Origin: Betaproteobacteria bacterium
GTDB lineage: Bacteria; Pseudomonadota; Gammaproteobacteria; Burkholderiales; Rhodocyclaceae
Reading direction: 5' to 3'
NCBI GenBank assembly: GCA_947478755.1
Contig: CANJXH010000001.1
Span: 1-59,178 of the forward strand
Length of the DNA: 59,178 bases
Shown: one piece after another, positions 36,822-46,704 of the stretch
Layout: each line of letters begins with the position of its first letter
How positions within the stretch are numbered: position 1 is the first letter of the stretch
Made by a program: the position numbers and the translations under genes
The notes under the pieces: model-generated
Database searches by the model: none
What the model was told of the DNA's origin: nothing
The model's input: only the letters and a program-made list of their open reading frames with translations

Positions 36822-38944
36822 TTCGCCTTGGCATCAAAGGTCCAGGTCAAGCCGACCATGAAGCTGCGCGGTGCGCCGGCGCTGTACTGGTTTTTTGTGT
36901 TGGGGCTATAAACGCCGACGCCTGAGAACGAACTCGATGCCGAGTCGGCATAGCGCTCATCGCCAAGGTTGCGTCCCTGCAGCCAGGCTTCCCAACCTCG
37001 GGAGAACTGGTAGCTGCCACGTGCGTTGAGCAGAGTGTGGCCACCATAACGGATGGTATTGGCATTGTTCATCCAGTAGTCGCCGAGATTGACCACTTCC
37101 ACTGCTATGCGAGCATCGGCTACCGGCTTGTAGCCGAGCTCTGCCGTGGTGATGTTGCTCGGGGCTTGCGGCATCTCCTTGCCGCTGTAGTTGAGGGCAG
37201 GCGAGGCCTGGTACTTGAGAAACCTGTGCGTTGCGATTGATGTGCCAAAGCGTGCATCAAAGGGGCCGCCGTCATCCCAGGTCAGGCCCAGTTCAAGGCC
37301 GCTACTGCGGGTGCGTCCGGCATTCTGGTTGATGCTGTTGCCAGGTGCGATGGTGAAGCTGACGATAGTGTCATGACCGTCAAGCCGGTACAGCGCCGAG
37401 TCGAGCTTGAGTGCGCCGCCGAGGAAGGCAGCGCGCAGGCCGATTTCATAGTTGTCGTAAGTGGCCGGCTTGAGATTCGGGATCGCGAGTTTGCTGTAAA
37501 GCTGACTGACTTCCGGCGGTGTAAAGCCCTCACTGAAATTGGCATAGAGACTCGCGCTGTTATTCAGCGCGTAGGTGGCGCCAATCTTCGGGCTGAAGCG
37601 GGCGAAGCTGCGCTTCTCATTGGGGGCGCCAAAATTCGCGCTTCCACCCGGCGCCAGGTTGTTGGTGAAGTCGTAAGTGATGTCATCCGAACGGCCGCCG
37701 ACGACCACCCGTGTTTTTGCCAGTGGCGTGAATTCCCACTGGGCGAAGTACGCGGTGTTGACAATATCCGCCTGGTAATCGCGCCTTCCCAACTGTGTTG
37801 CCGACATCGTGTAGCTGACATATTTGCCGGTCGCGACATTGCGCGTGATGGCAAGGTTGTCGCTGACGTAGGGGTTGTCGCTGTGATCGACATAAACACC
37901 GGCAACCAGCCGTGAAGCCATCCAGCTGAATTCCTGCTGGTGCTTGATGTCGACACCGATCGAATCGACATGGTTGTTGTTTTTAGTGCCGTTGCAGGTT
38001 GCGCCGACGCAACCGGTAATGGTGTAGCTCGGTATCTGGCCGTGATCGTTGCGACGGGTGAAGGCGGTGATCGTGGTCAATCCGTTGGCGATGGTCTCAC
38101 CCTCCCACGCCAGATTGGCGCGCGTGGTCTTGTCCTTGCGGTAGGTGAAGGTGTTGATGCTGTAACCGGGGCGGCGGCGGTAGTCGTTCTCGAACAGGCT
38201 GCCGGTCATGGCGCTGTCGAGGTCGGTATGGACCAAAGTCGCGCGCAGCAATGAGGATGCGTTCAGGGCATAGTCGCCGCGCAGGGTGTAGGAATCCTTG
38301 TCGCCATAGCTGTACTCCTGCCAGTTGTTGGTTTCGCGGCGCGAGCTGTAGTGCGAGAAGCGCAACCCGAGATCGCCCCAGGTGTTGCTGGCAGCCGTAT
38401 CGACGCGCGAAAATTTGTTGGTGTTGTCGTAACGATAGCCAACGCTGCCATAGGGCGTACGCGACGATGGCGCACTGATGAAGTTGACGGCGCCGCCGAC
38501 TGCATTGCTGCCATAAAGCGAAGATGCGGCACCCTTGACCACCTCGACGCTGTCCGTGCCGGCCAGGTTCATTTCGTTGAGCGAGTTGTGGTTGAACACG
38601 CCGAGGGGACGGATTGGAATGCCATCCTCGAGATACTGGTACATCGCATTGGTGCTGATCGGCTGGCGGATGCCCATGCTGTGCTGCTCATTGCCGAGAT
38701 CGTTCCAGAACACACCCGGGATGCGGTTGATGACATCGCCGATGGTCTTCGGCTTGTCGCGATTTATTTCTTCACCTTCAACGCGGCCGATGGCAAGGGG
38801 TGTTTCGGAAAGTCTTGTTTCCGCACGCGAACCGGAGACGACAATTTCGTCAAGCAAGGGTAAGGAAGCGTCGGCAGCAAATGCATTGTGAACAGACAGA
38901 AATACCAGCGCAGTGCTGACGTGCCAATTTTTGTGGTGTTTTAT
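36818..38944 (-). CDS. TonB-dependent receptor (probable start ATA at 38944)
   Basis: TonB box DEIVVSGSR, plug (EVVKGAASSLYGSNAVGGAVNFIS), C-terminal GRNLGD..Y...PRSFMVGLTWTF; the in-frame upstream extension encodes a signal peptide but has no ATG/GTG/TTG. Confidence 0.9.
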   Translation of the reverse strand: MKHHKNWHVSTALVFLSVHNAFAADASLPLLDEIVVSGSRAETRLSETPLAIGRVEGEEINRDKPKTIGDVINRIPGVFWNDLGNEQHSMGIRQPISTNAMYQYLEDGIPIRPLGVFNHNSLNEMNLAGTDSVEVVKGAASSLYGSNAVGGAVNFISAPSSRTPYGSVGYRYDNTNKFSRVDTAASNTWGDLGLRFSHYSSRRETNNWQEYSYGDKDSYTLRGDYALNASSLLRATLVHTDLDSAMTGSLFENDYRRRPGYSINTFTYRKDKTTRANLAWEGETIANGLTTITAFTRRNDHGQIPSYTITGCVGATCNGTKNNNHVDSIGVDIKHQQEFSWMASRLVAGVYVDHSDNPYVSDNLAITRNVATGKYVSYTMSATQLGRRDYQADIVNTAYFAQWEFTPLAKTRVVVGGRSDDITYDFTNNLAPGGSANFGAPNEKRSFARFSPKIGATYALNNSASLYANFSEGFTPPEVSQLYSKLAIPNLKPATYDNYEIGLRAAFLGGALKLDSALYRLDGHDTIVSFTIAPGNSINQNAGRTRSSGLELGLTWDDGGPFDARFGTSIATHRFLKYQASPALNYSGKEMPQAPSNITTAELGYKPVADARIAVEVVNLGDYWMNNANTIRYGGHTLLNARGSYQFSRGWEAWLQGRNLGDERYADSASSSFSGVGVYSPNTKNQYSAGAPRSFMVGLTWTFDAKAK

Positions 38945-39008
38945 ATGCGCCCCTTGGAAAAAGCCTTGTAATCAAGGGACTAATTTGTATCACCGTTTCG
39001 TGGGGGCA

Positions 39009-39031
39009 AGCTGCGACTGATTGTCGCAGCT
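39009..39031. promoter_or_regulatory. Inverted repeat AGCTGCGAC-N5-GTCGCAGCT, RegA/PrrA-like box
   Basis: Perfect 9-bp arms ~65 bp upstream of the receptor start; the TGCGAC-N5-GTCGCA core resembles RegA/PrrA-family sites. Confidence 0.5.
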
Positions 39032-39069
39032 CATCCCGAAAAGCAGTTAGTCAGCAGGCAGTGCGAAGA

Positions 39070-39522
39070 TCAGACTGCAACTTTGGCGCACTCCTTGTAA
39101 CAGGCCGCACACGAGTCGGCGCATTTGCGACACGCCTCGTGCATTTTTTCGTGTTTGCGGCATTCGTCTTCGCAGTCCTTGCACATGTTCATCACCACCT
39201 TGGCCATGCGTGGCACATAGGGTGAGTTCCAGGTGGAAAGCTGACGCAGGGTATTGCAGGCCGACACCATCTGCTCTACAGATTTGGCACAGGCGGCCAT
39301 TTCCTTGTTGCCCTCGCCCAGCAGTTGCAGGCAGTGACCTATACATGCCTCGCCGATCATCACGCAATGGGTGGCGGCGTGGGCGAGATCGGCATAGGGC
39401 GAGCCGTGATGATGGGCGTGCATGTCGTTACCTGCTTCATGCTTTTCTTCAGCCTGAGCCAGCGTAGCCAGTGCGGCCATGGAAAGGGCTGCGCTACCTT
39501 GCAGGAGTTCGCGACGATTCAT
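39070..39522 (-). CDS. csp1: Tat-exported four-helix-bundle copper storage protein (Csp1-like)
   Basis: MNRRELL twin-arginine leader, His-rich linker, 13 Cys in CxxC/CxxxC spacing. Confidence 0.88.
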   Translation of the reverse strand: MNRRELLQGSAALSMAALATLAQAEEKHEAGNDMHAHHHGSPYADLAHAATHCVMIGEACIGHCLQLLGEGNKEMAACAKSVEQMVSACNTLRQLSTWNSPYVPRMAKVVMNMCKDCEDECRKHEKMHEACRKCADSCAACYKECAKVAV

Positions 39523-39635
39523 GATTTGTCCTTACTGTTAATGAGGTTCCTATTTTGTCTTATGGGCAATAGAACGGTTTGGGCTTGAGTGATTATTAAA
39601 AAATGCCTGATTGCAACAATAGGATGCATGTCTCA

Positions 39636-39654
39636 CAATGAGAACCACTCTCAA
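39636..39654. promoter_or_regulatory. Fur-box-like site upstream of feoA
   Basis: CAATGAGAACCACTCTCAA with a TGAGA-N5-TCTCA dyad ~20 bp before the feoA ATG. Confidence 0.55.
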
Positions 39655-39674
39655 CAACGCGTCCGCTGTTTGCC

Positions 39675-39908
39675 ATGTCCTCTTCACTTGCTTCACTGTT
39701 GCCCGGTCAGGACGCCACTATTGTTGCAGTACAGGCCGATGAAGCCTTGCATCATCGGCTGACGGCGATGGGCTTCAGGGCAGGTAAGCCGGTAAAGCTG
39801 ATGCGGCGCGGGGCTTTCTTCGGCCCGCTGCATGTGCGAGTCGGCAGCACGGACGTCATCATTCGGCGCACCGACGCTATCCATATCAAGATCGCGCCGG
39901 CCGCATGA
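39675..39908 (+). CDS. feoA: Ferrous iron transport protein A
   Basis: RLTAMGF..G..V...RRGAFFGPLHVRVG. Confidence 0.9.
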   Translation: MSSSLASLLPGQDATIVAVQADEALHHRLTAMGFRAGKPVKLMRRGAFFGPLHVRVGSTDVIIRRTDAIHIKIAPAA

Positions 39909-41698
39909 AACGCATCGCCCTCTTGGGCATGCCCAATACCGGCAAGTCGACCCTGTTCAATCGCCTGTCCGGCGCATCGGCCCGGGTCGGCAACTGGCCC
40001 GGCGTCACTGTCGATCTGTTCACCGCGAAAATCATCGTCGGCGGCGACATGGTAGAGCTGGTGGATCTGCCTGGCATCTACGATCTGCACGGCTATGCCG
40101 ACGACGAAAAGCTGGTGCGGCATTTTCTCGAAGCGCAGCAACTGGATCTGCTGGCCGTATTGGTCAATGCCGCGCAACTTGATCGTCAACTGGTGCTGCC
40201 GCTGCAACTCAAGCAGCTTGGCTTTCCCATCGTGTTGCTGGTCAACATGATCGATGAGGCCAAAAAGCTCGGTATCGCGATTGATGCACCTTCATTGGCG
40301 GCCGGTATGGGCGCGCGCGTGGTCAAGGTCAGCGCCAAGTATGGCGACGGCCACAAGGACATGATGCTTGCGTTGGCTCAGGCACTCACCGCGCCAGAAG
40401 CCAATGTGGAAAAAGCCCCACAGCGCTTGGCCGAGGATGATGTCGTCGAAAGGCAGGCCGCCGATTTGATGAGGTCTTCTGTTCATGTACCGGCGCGTCT
40501 GCCTGCCCAGTTTTCGGATCAGCTGGATCGCGTATTGATGAACCAGTGGCTTGGCTTGCCCCTTTTTTTCCTCGCTATGTACGGCGTGTTTTCTGGCGTT
40601 TTTACGCTTGGTGCGCCGTTGCAGGGCTGGCTGGGTGATGCTTTCGGGTTGGTCAAGATGGGTGTGCTCGAACCGCTCTTGTCGGGGGCGCCACCACTGG
40701 TCTACGGACTGCTGGTCGAAGGCATTTTCGACGGCGTCGCCACCGTGGCCAGCTTTGTCCCGCTGATCGTGCTATTTTTCTTTTTCATGGCCATCGTTGA
40801 AGACTCGGGTTACCTCTCGCGTGCCGCCTATCTCATGGATGCGCTGATGGCGCGCATGGGGCTCGATGGACGCAGTTTCGTCATGCTGCTGATGGGCTTC
40901 GGTTGCAATGTGCCGGCACTGATGGGCACGCGTGTGATGCGCAGTCGTCCGCTTCGTTTGCTGTCGATGCTGGTGATCCCGTTTTCACTTTGTTCGGCGC
41001 GCCTGCAGGTGTTCCTCTTCATCATCGCCGCCCTGTTTACTGCGCGCCAGGCACCGTTGGTATTGACCTCGCTCTACATCATGAGCTTTGTCATCGCCTT
41101 CCTCACCGCCTTGCTGTTCAAGGGGAAAAGGCAATTCCGCTCGGAAGAGCCTTTTGTTATCGAACTCCCGCCTTATCGCCTGCCAACATTGCGCCAGGTG
41201 TGGGTACGGGGTTGGCTGGAGGCGCGGCACTTTCTCGTGCGTGCTAGCAAGATCATTGTCGCTGGCGTGGTGCTAGTGTGGTTGCTGACGCACCTGCCTG
41301 CCGGCGTGGCGCCGGCCGGACCCGACAGCTATGCCGGGTTGATCGGTCGATTCATGCAGCCGATACTCGGGCCGCTAGGCATCGACGAGAAACTCACTAT
41401 TGCGCTGATCTTCGGCTTTGTCGCCAAGGAAATCGTGATCGGCGCACTGGTCGTCATCTACGGCCTCGAAGGCGATGCGCTGACCCAGCACATCGGCCAC
41501 AGCATGAGCTGGATACAGGGCTACAGCTTCATGTTGTTTACGCTGATCTACACACCCTGTCTGTCGACCATTGCCACCCTGCGTTCCGAATCGAAGAGCC
41601 TCAGGTTCACGATGTTCGCACTGGCTTGGCCGCTGTTCCTGGCATGGCTCGTCAGCTTTGCTTTTTATCAAGTTGCCAGTCGCCTCGTGACCCTCTGA
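39905..41698 (+). CDS. feoB: Ferrous iron transport protein B
   Basis: GMPNTGKST, GNWPGVTV, DLPG, NMID, GFGCNVPA, ELPPY, YTPC. Confidence 0.95.
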   Translation: MKRIALLGMPNTGKSTLFNRLSGASARVGNWPGVTVDLFTAKIIVGGDMVELVDLPGIYDLHGYADDEKLVRHFLEAQQLDLLAVLVNAAQLDRQLVLPLQLKQLGFPIVLLVNMIDEAKKLGIAIDAPSLAAGMGARVVKVSAKYGDGHKDMMLALAQALTAPEANVEKAPQRLAEDDVVERQAADLMRSSVHVPARLPAQFSDQLDRVLMNQWLGLPLFFLAMYGVFSGVFTLGAPLQGWLGDAFGLVKMGVLEPLLSGAPPLVYGLLVEGIFDGVATVASFVPLIVLFFFFMAIVEDSGYLSRAAYLMDALMARMGLDGRSFVMLLMGFGCNVPALMGTRVMRSRPLRLLSMLVIPFSLCSARLQVFLFIIAALFTARQAPLVLTSLYIMSFVIAFLTALLFKGKRQFRSEEPFVIELPPYRLPTLRQVWVRGWLEARHFLVRASKIIVAGVVLVWLLTHLPAGVAPAGPDSYAGLIGRFMQPILGPLGIDEKLTIALIFGFVAKEIVIGALVVIYGLEGDALTQHIGHSMSWIQGYSFMLFTLIYTPCLSTIATLRSESKSLRFTMFALAWPLFLAWLVSFAFYQVASRLVTL

Positions 41699-41777
41699 GG
41701 CGCCGCGCTAAAAGCACGGCCAGCCTGTAAAATCGCGGCTTTCCGCCCTGCCGGGCGCAAGCGAAAACAAGACTGTC

Positions 41778-42734
41778 ATGGCAACTATCAAACCCACGTT
41801 TCAGGAACTGATCCTGCGCCTGCAGCAATATTGGGCCGCGCAGGGCTGCGCCCTGCTGCAACCCTACGACATGGAAGTCGGTGCCGGCACCAGTCACACC
41901 GCAACCTTTTTGCGCTCGCTCGGCCCCGAGCCGTGGAAGGCCGCCTACGTGCAGCCGTCGCGTCGGCCCAAGGATGGGCGCTATGGCGAAAACCCCAATC
42001 GTTTGCAGCATTACTATCAGTATCAGGTGGTATTGAAGCCCGCGCCGGAAAACATTCTGGAGCTTTATATCGGCTCGCTCGAAGCGCTTGGTTTCGATCT
42101 CAAGCAGAACGACATCCGCTTCGTCGAGGACGACTGGGAAAACCCGACCCTCGGCGCATGGGGCCTGGGCTGGGAGGTCTGGCTCAACGGTATGGAAGTG
42201 ACGCAGTTCACCTATTTCCAGCAAGTCGGCGGCATTGATTGCAAACCCATTACCGGCGAGATTACCTACGGACTGGAGCGCCTTGCCATGTATTTGCAAA
42301 GCGTCGACAACGTCTACGACCTGGTGTGGACGCCTGGCCTGAGTTACGGCGACGTCTATCTGCAGAATGAGCAGGAGCAAAGTGCCTACAACTTCGAGCA
42401 TAGTGACACCGGGTTCCTGTTTACAGCGTTTGGGGCGCATGAAAAGCAGGCCCAGCATCTGATGTCAGAAAAGCTTGCCTTGCCTGCCTATGAGCAAGTC
42501 CTTAAAGCTGCGCATACCTTCAACCTGCTCGATGCGCGCGGGGCAATTTCGGTTACCGAGCGCGCTGCCTACATCGGCCGCATTCGTAACCTGGCGCGCA
42601 GCGTCGCCCAGAGTTATCTCGACAGCCGCGCACGACTGGGTTTCCCGATGGCACCCAAGGCACATGCCGAAGAAGTGCTGGCGCAACTCGTAGCGAAGAA
42701 GCCTGCCCTGAGCGCAGTCGAAGGGGTAGCATGA
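41778..42734 (+). CDS. glyQ: Glycine-tRNA ligase alpha subunit
   Basis: [36 protein letters not shown]. Confidence 0.97.
   Translation: MATIKPTFQELILRLQQYWAAQGCALLQPYDMEVGAGTSHTATFLRSLGPEPWKAAYVQPSRRPKDGRYGENPNRLQHYYQYQVVLKPAPENILELYIGSLEALGFDLKQNDIRFVEDDWENPTLGAWGLGWEVWLNGMEVTQFTYFQQVGGIDCKPITGEITYGLERLAMYLQSVDNVYDLVWTPGLSYGDVYLQNEQEQSAYNFEHSDTGFLFTAFGAHEKQAQHLMSEKLALPAYEQVLKAAHTFNLLDARGAISVTERAAYIGRIRNLARSVAQSYLDSRARLGFPMAPKAHAEEVLAQLVAKKPALSAVEGVA
42701..42726. repeat. REP-like palindromic unit GCCTGCCCTGAGCGCAGTCGAAGGGG inside the glyQ 3' end
   Basis: Matches the CCCTGAGCGnAGTCGAAGGG dispersed-repeat pattern as I recall it; encodes PALSAVEG in a non-conserved C-terminal tail. Confidence 0.6.
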
Positions 42735-44872
42735 ACATGAACAAGAATTTGCTGGTTGAGTTGTTTGTCGAAGAACTGCCGCCCAAAGCATTGAAGAAAC
42801 TCGGCGAGGTTTTCTCGCAGACACTGCTGCAATCCCTCAAGTCACACGGCCTCGCTAGCGACGCCTCGTCAGTGACCTCATACGCATCGCCACGCCGCCT
42901 TGCTGCTCAAGTCAGTAGCGTCGCAGCGCAAGCCGCCGATAAAGCGCAGGCGCAAAAGCTGATGCCGGCCAGCGTCGGCCTCGACGCAAGCGGTAACGCT
43001 ACTCCGGCACTGCTGAAAAAGCTTGCTGCTCTTGGCGCAGACGCTTCCGTTGTCGCCAGCCTGCGTCGCGAGTCGGACGGCAAAGCGGATGTGTTGTTCT
43101 ACGACAGCACGGCCAAAGGCGCGACGCTTGCCGAGGGCTTGCAGAAAGCCCTTGAAGCCGCGCTTGCTGCACTACCGATCCCCAAGGTGATGACCTACCA
43201 GCTTGCGGATGGCTGGACCACGGTGAACTTCGTACGACCCGCTCATGGACTGGTTGCGCTGCATGGTGCTGATGTGGTGCCGATTTCCCTGCTTGGGTTG
43301 ACCGCAGGGCGGACAACCTTCGGGCATCGATTCGAAGCCGCCAGCGCAAGCATCGAGTTGGAGCACGCCGACAGCTACGCGCAGCAGTTGGAAACTGAAG
43401 GTGCAGTAATCGCCAGCTTCGCCGCACGGCGCGAAGAAATTGCACGGCAGCTCAAAGCCGCTGCCGCCACGGCAGGTGGCAATGGCTCGGCTGCGCTACG
43501 GGCGATCGAAGACGATGCGTTGCTGGATGAAGTGACGGCGCTGGTCGAGCGCCCCAATGTGCTGATCGGCCAATTCGAAGAGAGCTTCCTCGAAGTGCCG
43601 CAGGAATGCCTGATCCTGACCATGAAGGCGAACCAGAAATACTTCCCACTGCTCGATGGCAAGGGAAAGCTGACCAACAAGTTCCTCATCGTCAGCAACA
43701 TTCGCCCGAATGATCCGAGCAACGTGATCGAGGGTAACGAGCGCGTGGTACGCCCACGCCTCGCCGACGCAAAATTCTTTTTCGATCAGGATCGCATGAA
43801 GTCGCTTGCTGATCGCATCCCCGGTCTGGCGAAAATTGTTTATCACAACAAGCTTGGCACGCAGGGCGAACGCACCCAACGTGTCTGCGCCATCGCCAGT
43901 GCGATTGGCAACCAGCTCGGCGGGGCTCAGTTGGGTAATGAGTTGGCGCGCAAGGCAGACCAAGCGGCATTGCTGGCCAAGGCCGATCTGATCACCGACA
44001 TGGTGGGCGAGTTCCCCGAGCTGCAGGGCATCATGGGACGCTATTACGCGTTGCACGATGGCATTGCTCAGGATGTCGCCGATGCCATCGAGGATCACTA
44101 CAAGCCACGCTTCGCCGGAGACAGCCTGCCGCGCGGACAAGTCGGTCTGGTGGTTGCGCTGGCCGATAAGTTGGAGACGCTGGTCGGCATGTTCGGCATC
44201 GGCCAGATTCCCACCGGCGACAAGGATCCGTTTGCGCTGCGCCGCCATGCGCTGGGGGTGATTCGCATGCTCAGCGAAAGCAATCTGCCGCTGACGCTGG
44301 ATCAACTGCTCGAAACATCATCACTTGCTTTCAAGACGGTCACCGAGTTCAAGCACAACGGCGCCGCACTGACCGATTTCATCTACGACCGTCTCGCCGG
44401 GAGCCTGCGTGAGCAGGGCTACTCGGCGCAAGAGGTCGATGCCGTCATCTCGCAGCGCCCGCAACGGCTGGGCGACATTCCCAAACGCCTTGCCGCAGTG
44501 CGCGCTTTTGCAGCGCTGCCCGAAGCGGCCAGCCTTGCCGCTGCCAACAAGCGCGTCAGCAATATATTGAAAAAAGTCGAAGGCGCCGTCACCACTCAGG
44601 TTGACGAAAACCTGCTCACTGAAGCTGCAGAAGTGGCGTTGAACTGGTCGCTCGATGATGTCAGGCAGCGGGCAGACATCGCTTTTGACGCAGGCGATTA
44701 CGCTACTTCATTAAAGGCGCTAGCTGCGCTCAAGGTGCCGGTGGATGCTTTTTTCAACGATGTCATGGTCAATGTCGACGATCTCAAGCTACGCAACAAC
44801 CGGCTTGCCTTGCTGGCCAATCTGCACGAGGCGATGAACCGCGTGGCCGATATTTCCAAGCTGTCTACGTGA
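42731..44872 (+). CDS. glyS: Glycine-tRNA ligase beta subunit
   Basis: [56 protein letters not shown]. Confidence 0.96.
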   Translation: MNMNKNLLVELFVEELPPKALKKLGEVFSQTLLQSLKSHGLASDASSVTSYASPRRLAAQVSSVAAQAADKAQAQKLMPASVGLDASGNATPALLKKLAALGADASVVASLRRESDGKADVLFYDSTAKGATLAEGLQKALEAALAALPIPKVMTYQLADGWTTVNFVRPAHGLVALHGADVVPISLLGLTAGRTTFGHRFEAASASIELEHADSYAQQLETEGAVIASFAARREEIARQLKAAAATAGGNGSAALRAIEDDALLDEVTALVERPNVLIGQFEESFLEVPQECLILTMKANQKYFPLLDGKGKLTNKFLIVSNIRPNDPSNVIEGNERVVRPRLADAKFFFDQDRMKSLADRIPGLAKIVYHNKLGTQGERTQRVCAIASAIGNQLGGAQLGNELARKADQAALLAKADLITDMVGEFPELQGIMGRYYALHDGIAQDVADAIEDHYKPRFAGDSLPRGQVGLVVALADKLETLVGMFGIGQIPTGDKDPFALRRHALGVIRMLSESNLPLTLDQLLETSSLAFKTVTEFKHNGAALTDFIYDRLAGSLREQGYSAQEVDAVISQRPQRLGDIPKRLAAVRAFAALPEAASLAAANKRVSNILKKVEGAVTTQVDENLLTEAAEVALNWSLDDVRQRADIAFDAGDYATSLKALAALKVPVDAFFNDVMVNVDDLKLRNNRLALLANLHEAMNRVADISKLST

Positions 44873-44912
44873 GCTGCAGATCAGAGATAGGACTGTATTT
44901 GCCTGTGTTTTT

Positions 44913-44937
44913 CTCTGTGCCCTCTGTGCCCTCTGTG
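44913..44937. repeat. Three CTCTGTG heptamers at 9-bp period (glyS-gmhB spacer)
   Basis: CTCTGTG at 44913, 44922 and 44931. Confidence 0.75.
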
Positions 44938-44951
44938 GCTAAATTGGTTTT

Positions 44952-45485
44952 ATGAAACTTGTCATCCTCGACCGCGACGGCGTCATCAACCATGACTCCG
45001 ACCAGTTCATCAAGTCGCCCGACGAATGGGTGCCGATCGAAGGCAGCTTGCAGGCGATCGCGCGCCTCAATCAATGGGGATTCCAGGTGGTGGTGGCGAC
45101 CAATCAATCCGGTGTCGGCCGCGGGCTTTACGACATGGATACCCTCAACGCCATCCACAACAAGATGCATCGCGCCGCCAGCCTGGTCGGGGCGCGCATT
45201 GATGCGGTCTTTTTCTGCCCGCATACCGCCGAGGAAAAATGTGCCTGCCGCAAACCGAAGGCCGGTTTGTACGAAGAGATCGCGGCGCGCTATCGTTGCG
45301 ATCTTGAGGGCGTGCCCGCCATTGGCGATTCGCTGCGTGACCTGCAGGCGGCCGTGGCAGTAGGGGCGCAACCCATCCTGGTGCTGACTGGCAAAGGCGG
45401 CAAGACAAGGGTGGACCCGAAGCTGCCTGAGCACACCCAGGTGTTTACCGACCTCGCCGCCGCCGTCGCAAGCCTGACACCATGA
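44952..45485 (+). CDS. gmhB: D-glycero-beta-D-manno-heptose 1,7-bisphosphate phosphatase
   Basis: LDRDGVIN, ATNQSG, CPH...CACRKP, IGDSLRD. Confidence 0.94.
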   Translation: MKLVILDRDGVINHDSDQFIKSPDEWVPIEGSLQAIARLNQWGFQVVVATNQSGVGRGLYDMDTLNAIHNKMHRAASLVGARIDAVFFCPHTAEEKCACRKPKAGLYEEIAARYRCDLEGVPAIGDSLRDLQAAVAVGAQPILVLTGKGGKTRVDPKLPEHTQVFTDLAAAVASLTP

Positions 45486-46225
45486 TTTCCAACATCTCTG
45501 CCATTGTGCGATCGCTCCTGTTCATGCTGGTGGTGACGGTATGGACCGTCCTGGTCTGTTCGCTGGTGCTGCTGTGTTTCTGGTTGCCCCACCACGTGCT
45601 GCGCCAGATGGGCCATATCTGGACGACGCCGGTCACCTGGCTGATCCGCTACCTGCTCGGCATCAGCTATGAATTGAGGGGAGCGGAAAACATCGTTCAT
45701 CCCGCAGTGATCCTGAGCAAGCACCAGTCGGCGTGGGAAACGATCGTCTTGCAGGAGATTTTCCCCGACCTGCTTTTCGTCTGGAAAAAAGAACTGAAGT
45801 ATCTGCCGTTCTTTGGCTGGGCGCTGGCACTGATGCCGATGATCTCGATCGATCGCGGTGCCGGCAAGAACGCCTTGAACCAGCTGGTGACCCAGGGCAA
45901 GCGGCGCCTGTCGCAGGACTATTCGGTTGCCGTGTTTCCCGAAGGCACGCGTGTCGCGCCGGGTTTCAAGCGCCGCTACAAGATCGGTGGCGCATTTCTC
46001 GCGGTGGATGCCGGCGTGCCGCTGATTCCGGTGGCGTTGAATTCCGGCGAGGTGTGGGGACGCAATGCCCTGCTCAAACGCCCCGGCAGGGTGGTGGTCA
46101 GCATTGGCCCGCGCATTGATACCGTAGGCATCAGCCCGGAAGAAGCCAATGCCCGCGCCGAACAATGGATCGAAAACGAAATGCGCCGGATCAGTCCGGC
46201 CCTGTATCCAGATGAAGCTGCGTGA
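45482..46225 (+). CDS. plsC: 1-acyl-sn-glycerol-3-phosphate acyltransferase
   Basis: KHQSAWET, IDR, FPEGTR. Confidence 0.9.
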   Translation: MISNISAIVRSLLFMLVVTVWTVLVCSLVLLCFWLPHHVLRQMGHIWTTPVTWLIRYLLGISYELRGAENIVHPAVILSKHQSAWETIVLQEIFPDLLFVWKKELKYLPFFGWALALMPMISIDRGAGKNALNQLVTQGKRRLSQDYSVAVFPEGTRVAPGFKRRYKIGGAFLAVDAGVPLIPVALNSGEVWGRNALLKRPGRVVVSIGPRIDTVGISPEEANARAEQWIENEMRRISPALYPDEAA

Positions 46226-46697
46226 TCCGCAACGAGGCTTGTTCGAAAGTGAAGCGGCGGCCCCTGCGTCGCGCTGGCACTATGGTGCCGCGATTGATTA
46301 CCTTGGCAGTGCGCTGCGCCTGAAACTGGATACCGACTATCGCCAGGCCATGCGAGAGGGAGATGTGCTGCACTTGCCCTTGCCGCCGGATGCGAGCATG
46401 CGACAGATTCAGGATGCCGCCGAGAGCTGGTTGCGGCGCGAGGCCGAAGTCCTGTTTTCGCGCATGGTGGCCAACGAGATCGCTGGCAAGACCGAACGGC
46501 TCGCCTGCAAGACGCCAACCTTGACCTTGTCCTTTTCCTTGCGCGGCAGCTGGACCAAGGTTGAGGATCATGTGCTGCGGCTCAACTGGCGCCTGATCGA
46601 ACAACCGTTGTCGGTCATCGACCTCACCCTGCGTCGTGCAGTGGCCATGCTGCCGTTGCAGCAGGATGCGCCGGATCTTTTTTCGCTGGCTTCCTGA
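46212..46697 (+). CDS. YgjP/DUF45-like protein lacking HExxH
   Basis: SW...LRLNWRLIEQPLSVID aligns with the downstream paralogue, but the metal motif is replaced by RRAVAML. Confidence 0.7.
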   Translation: MKLRDPQRGLFESEAAAPASRWHYGAAIDYLGSALRLKLDTDYRQAMREGDVLHLPLPPDASMRQIQDAAESWLRREAEVLFSRMVANEIAGKTERLACKTPTLTLSFSLRGSWTKVEDHVLRLNWRLIEQPLSVIDLTLRRAVAMLPLQQDAPDLFSLAS

Positions 46698-46704
46698 CTA
46701 TCCG

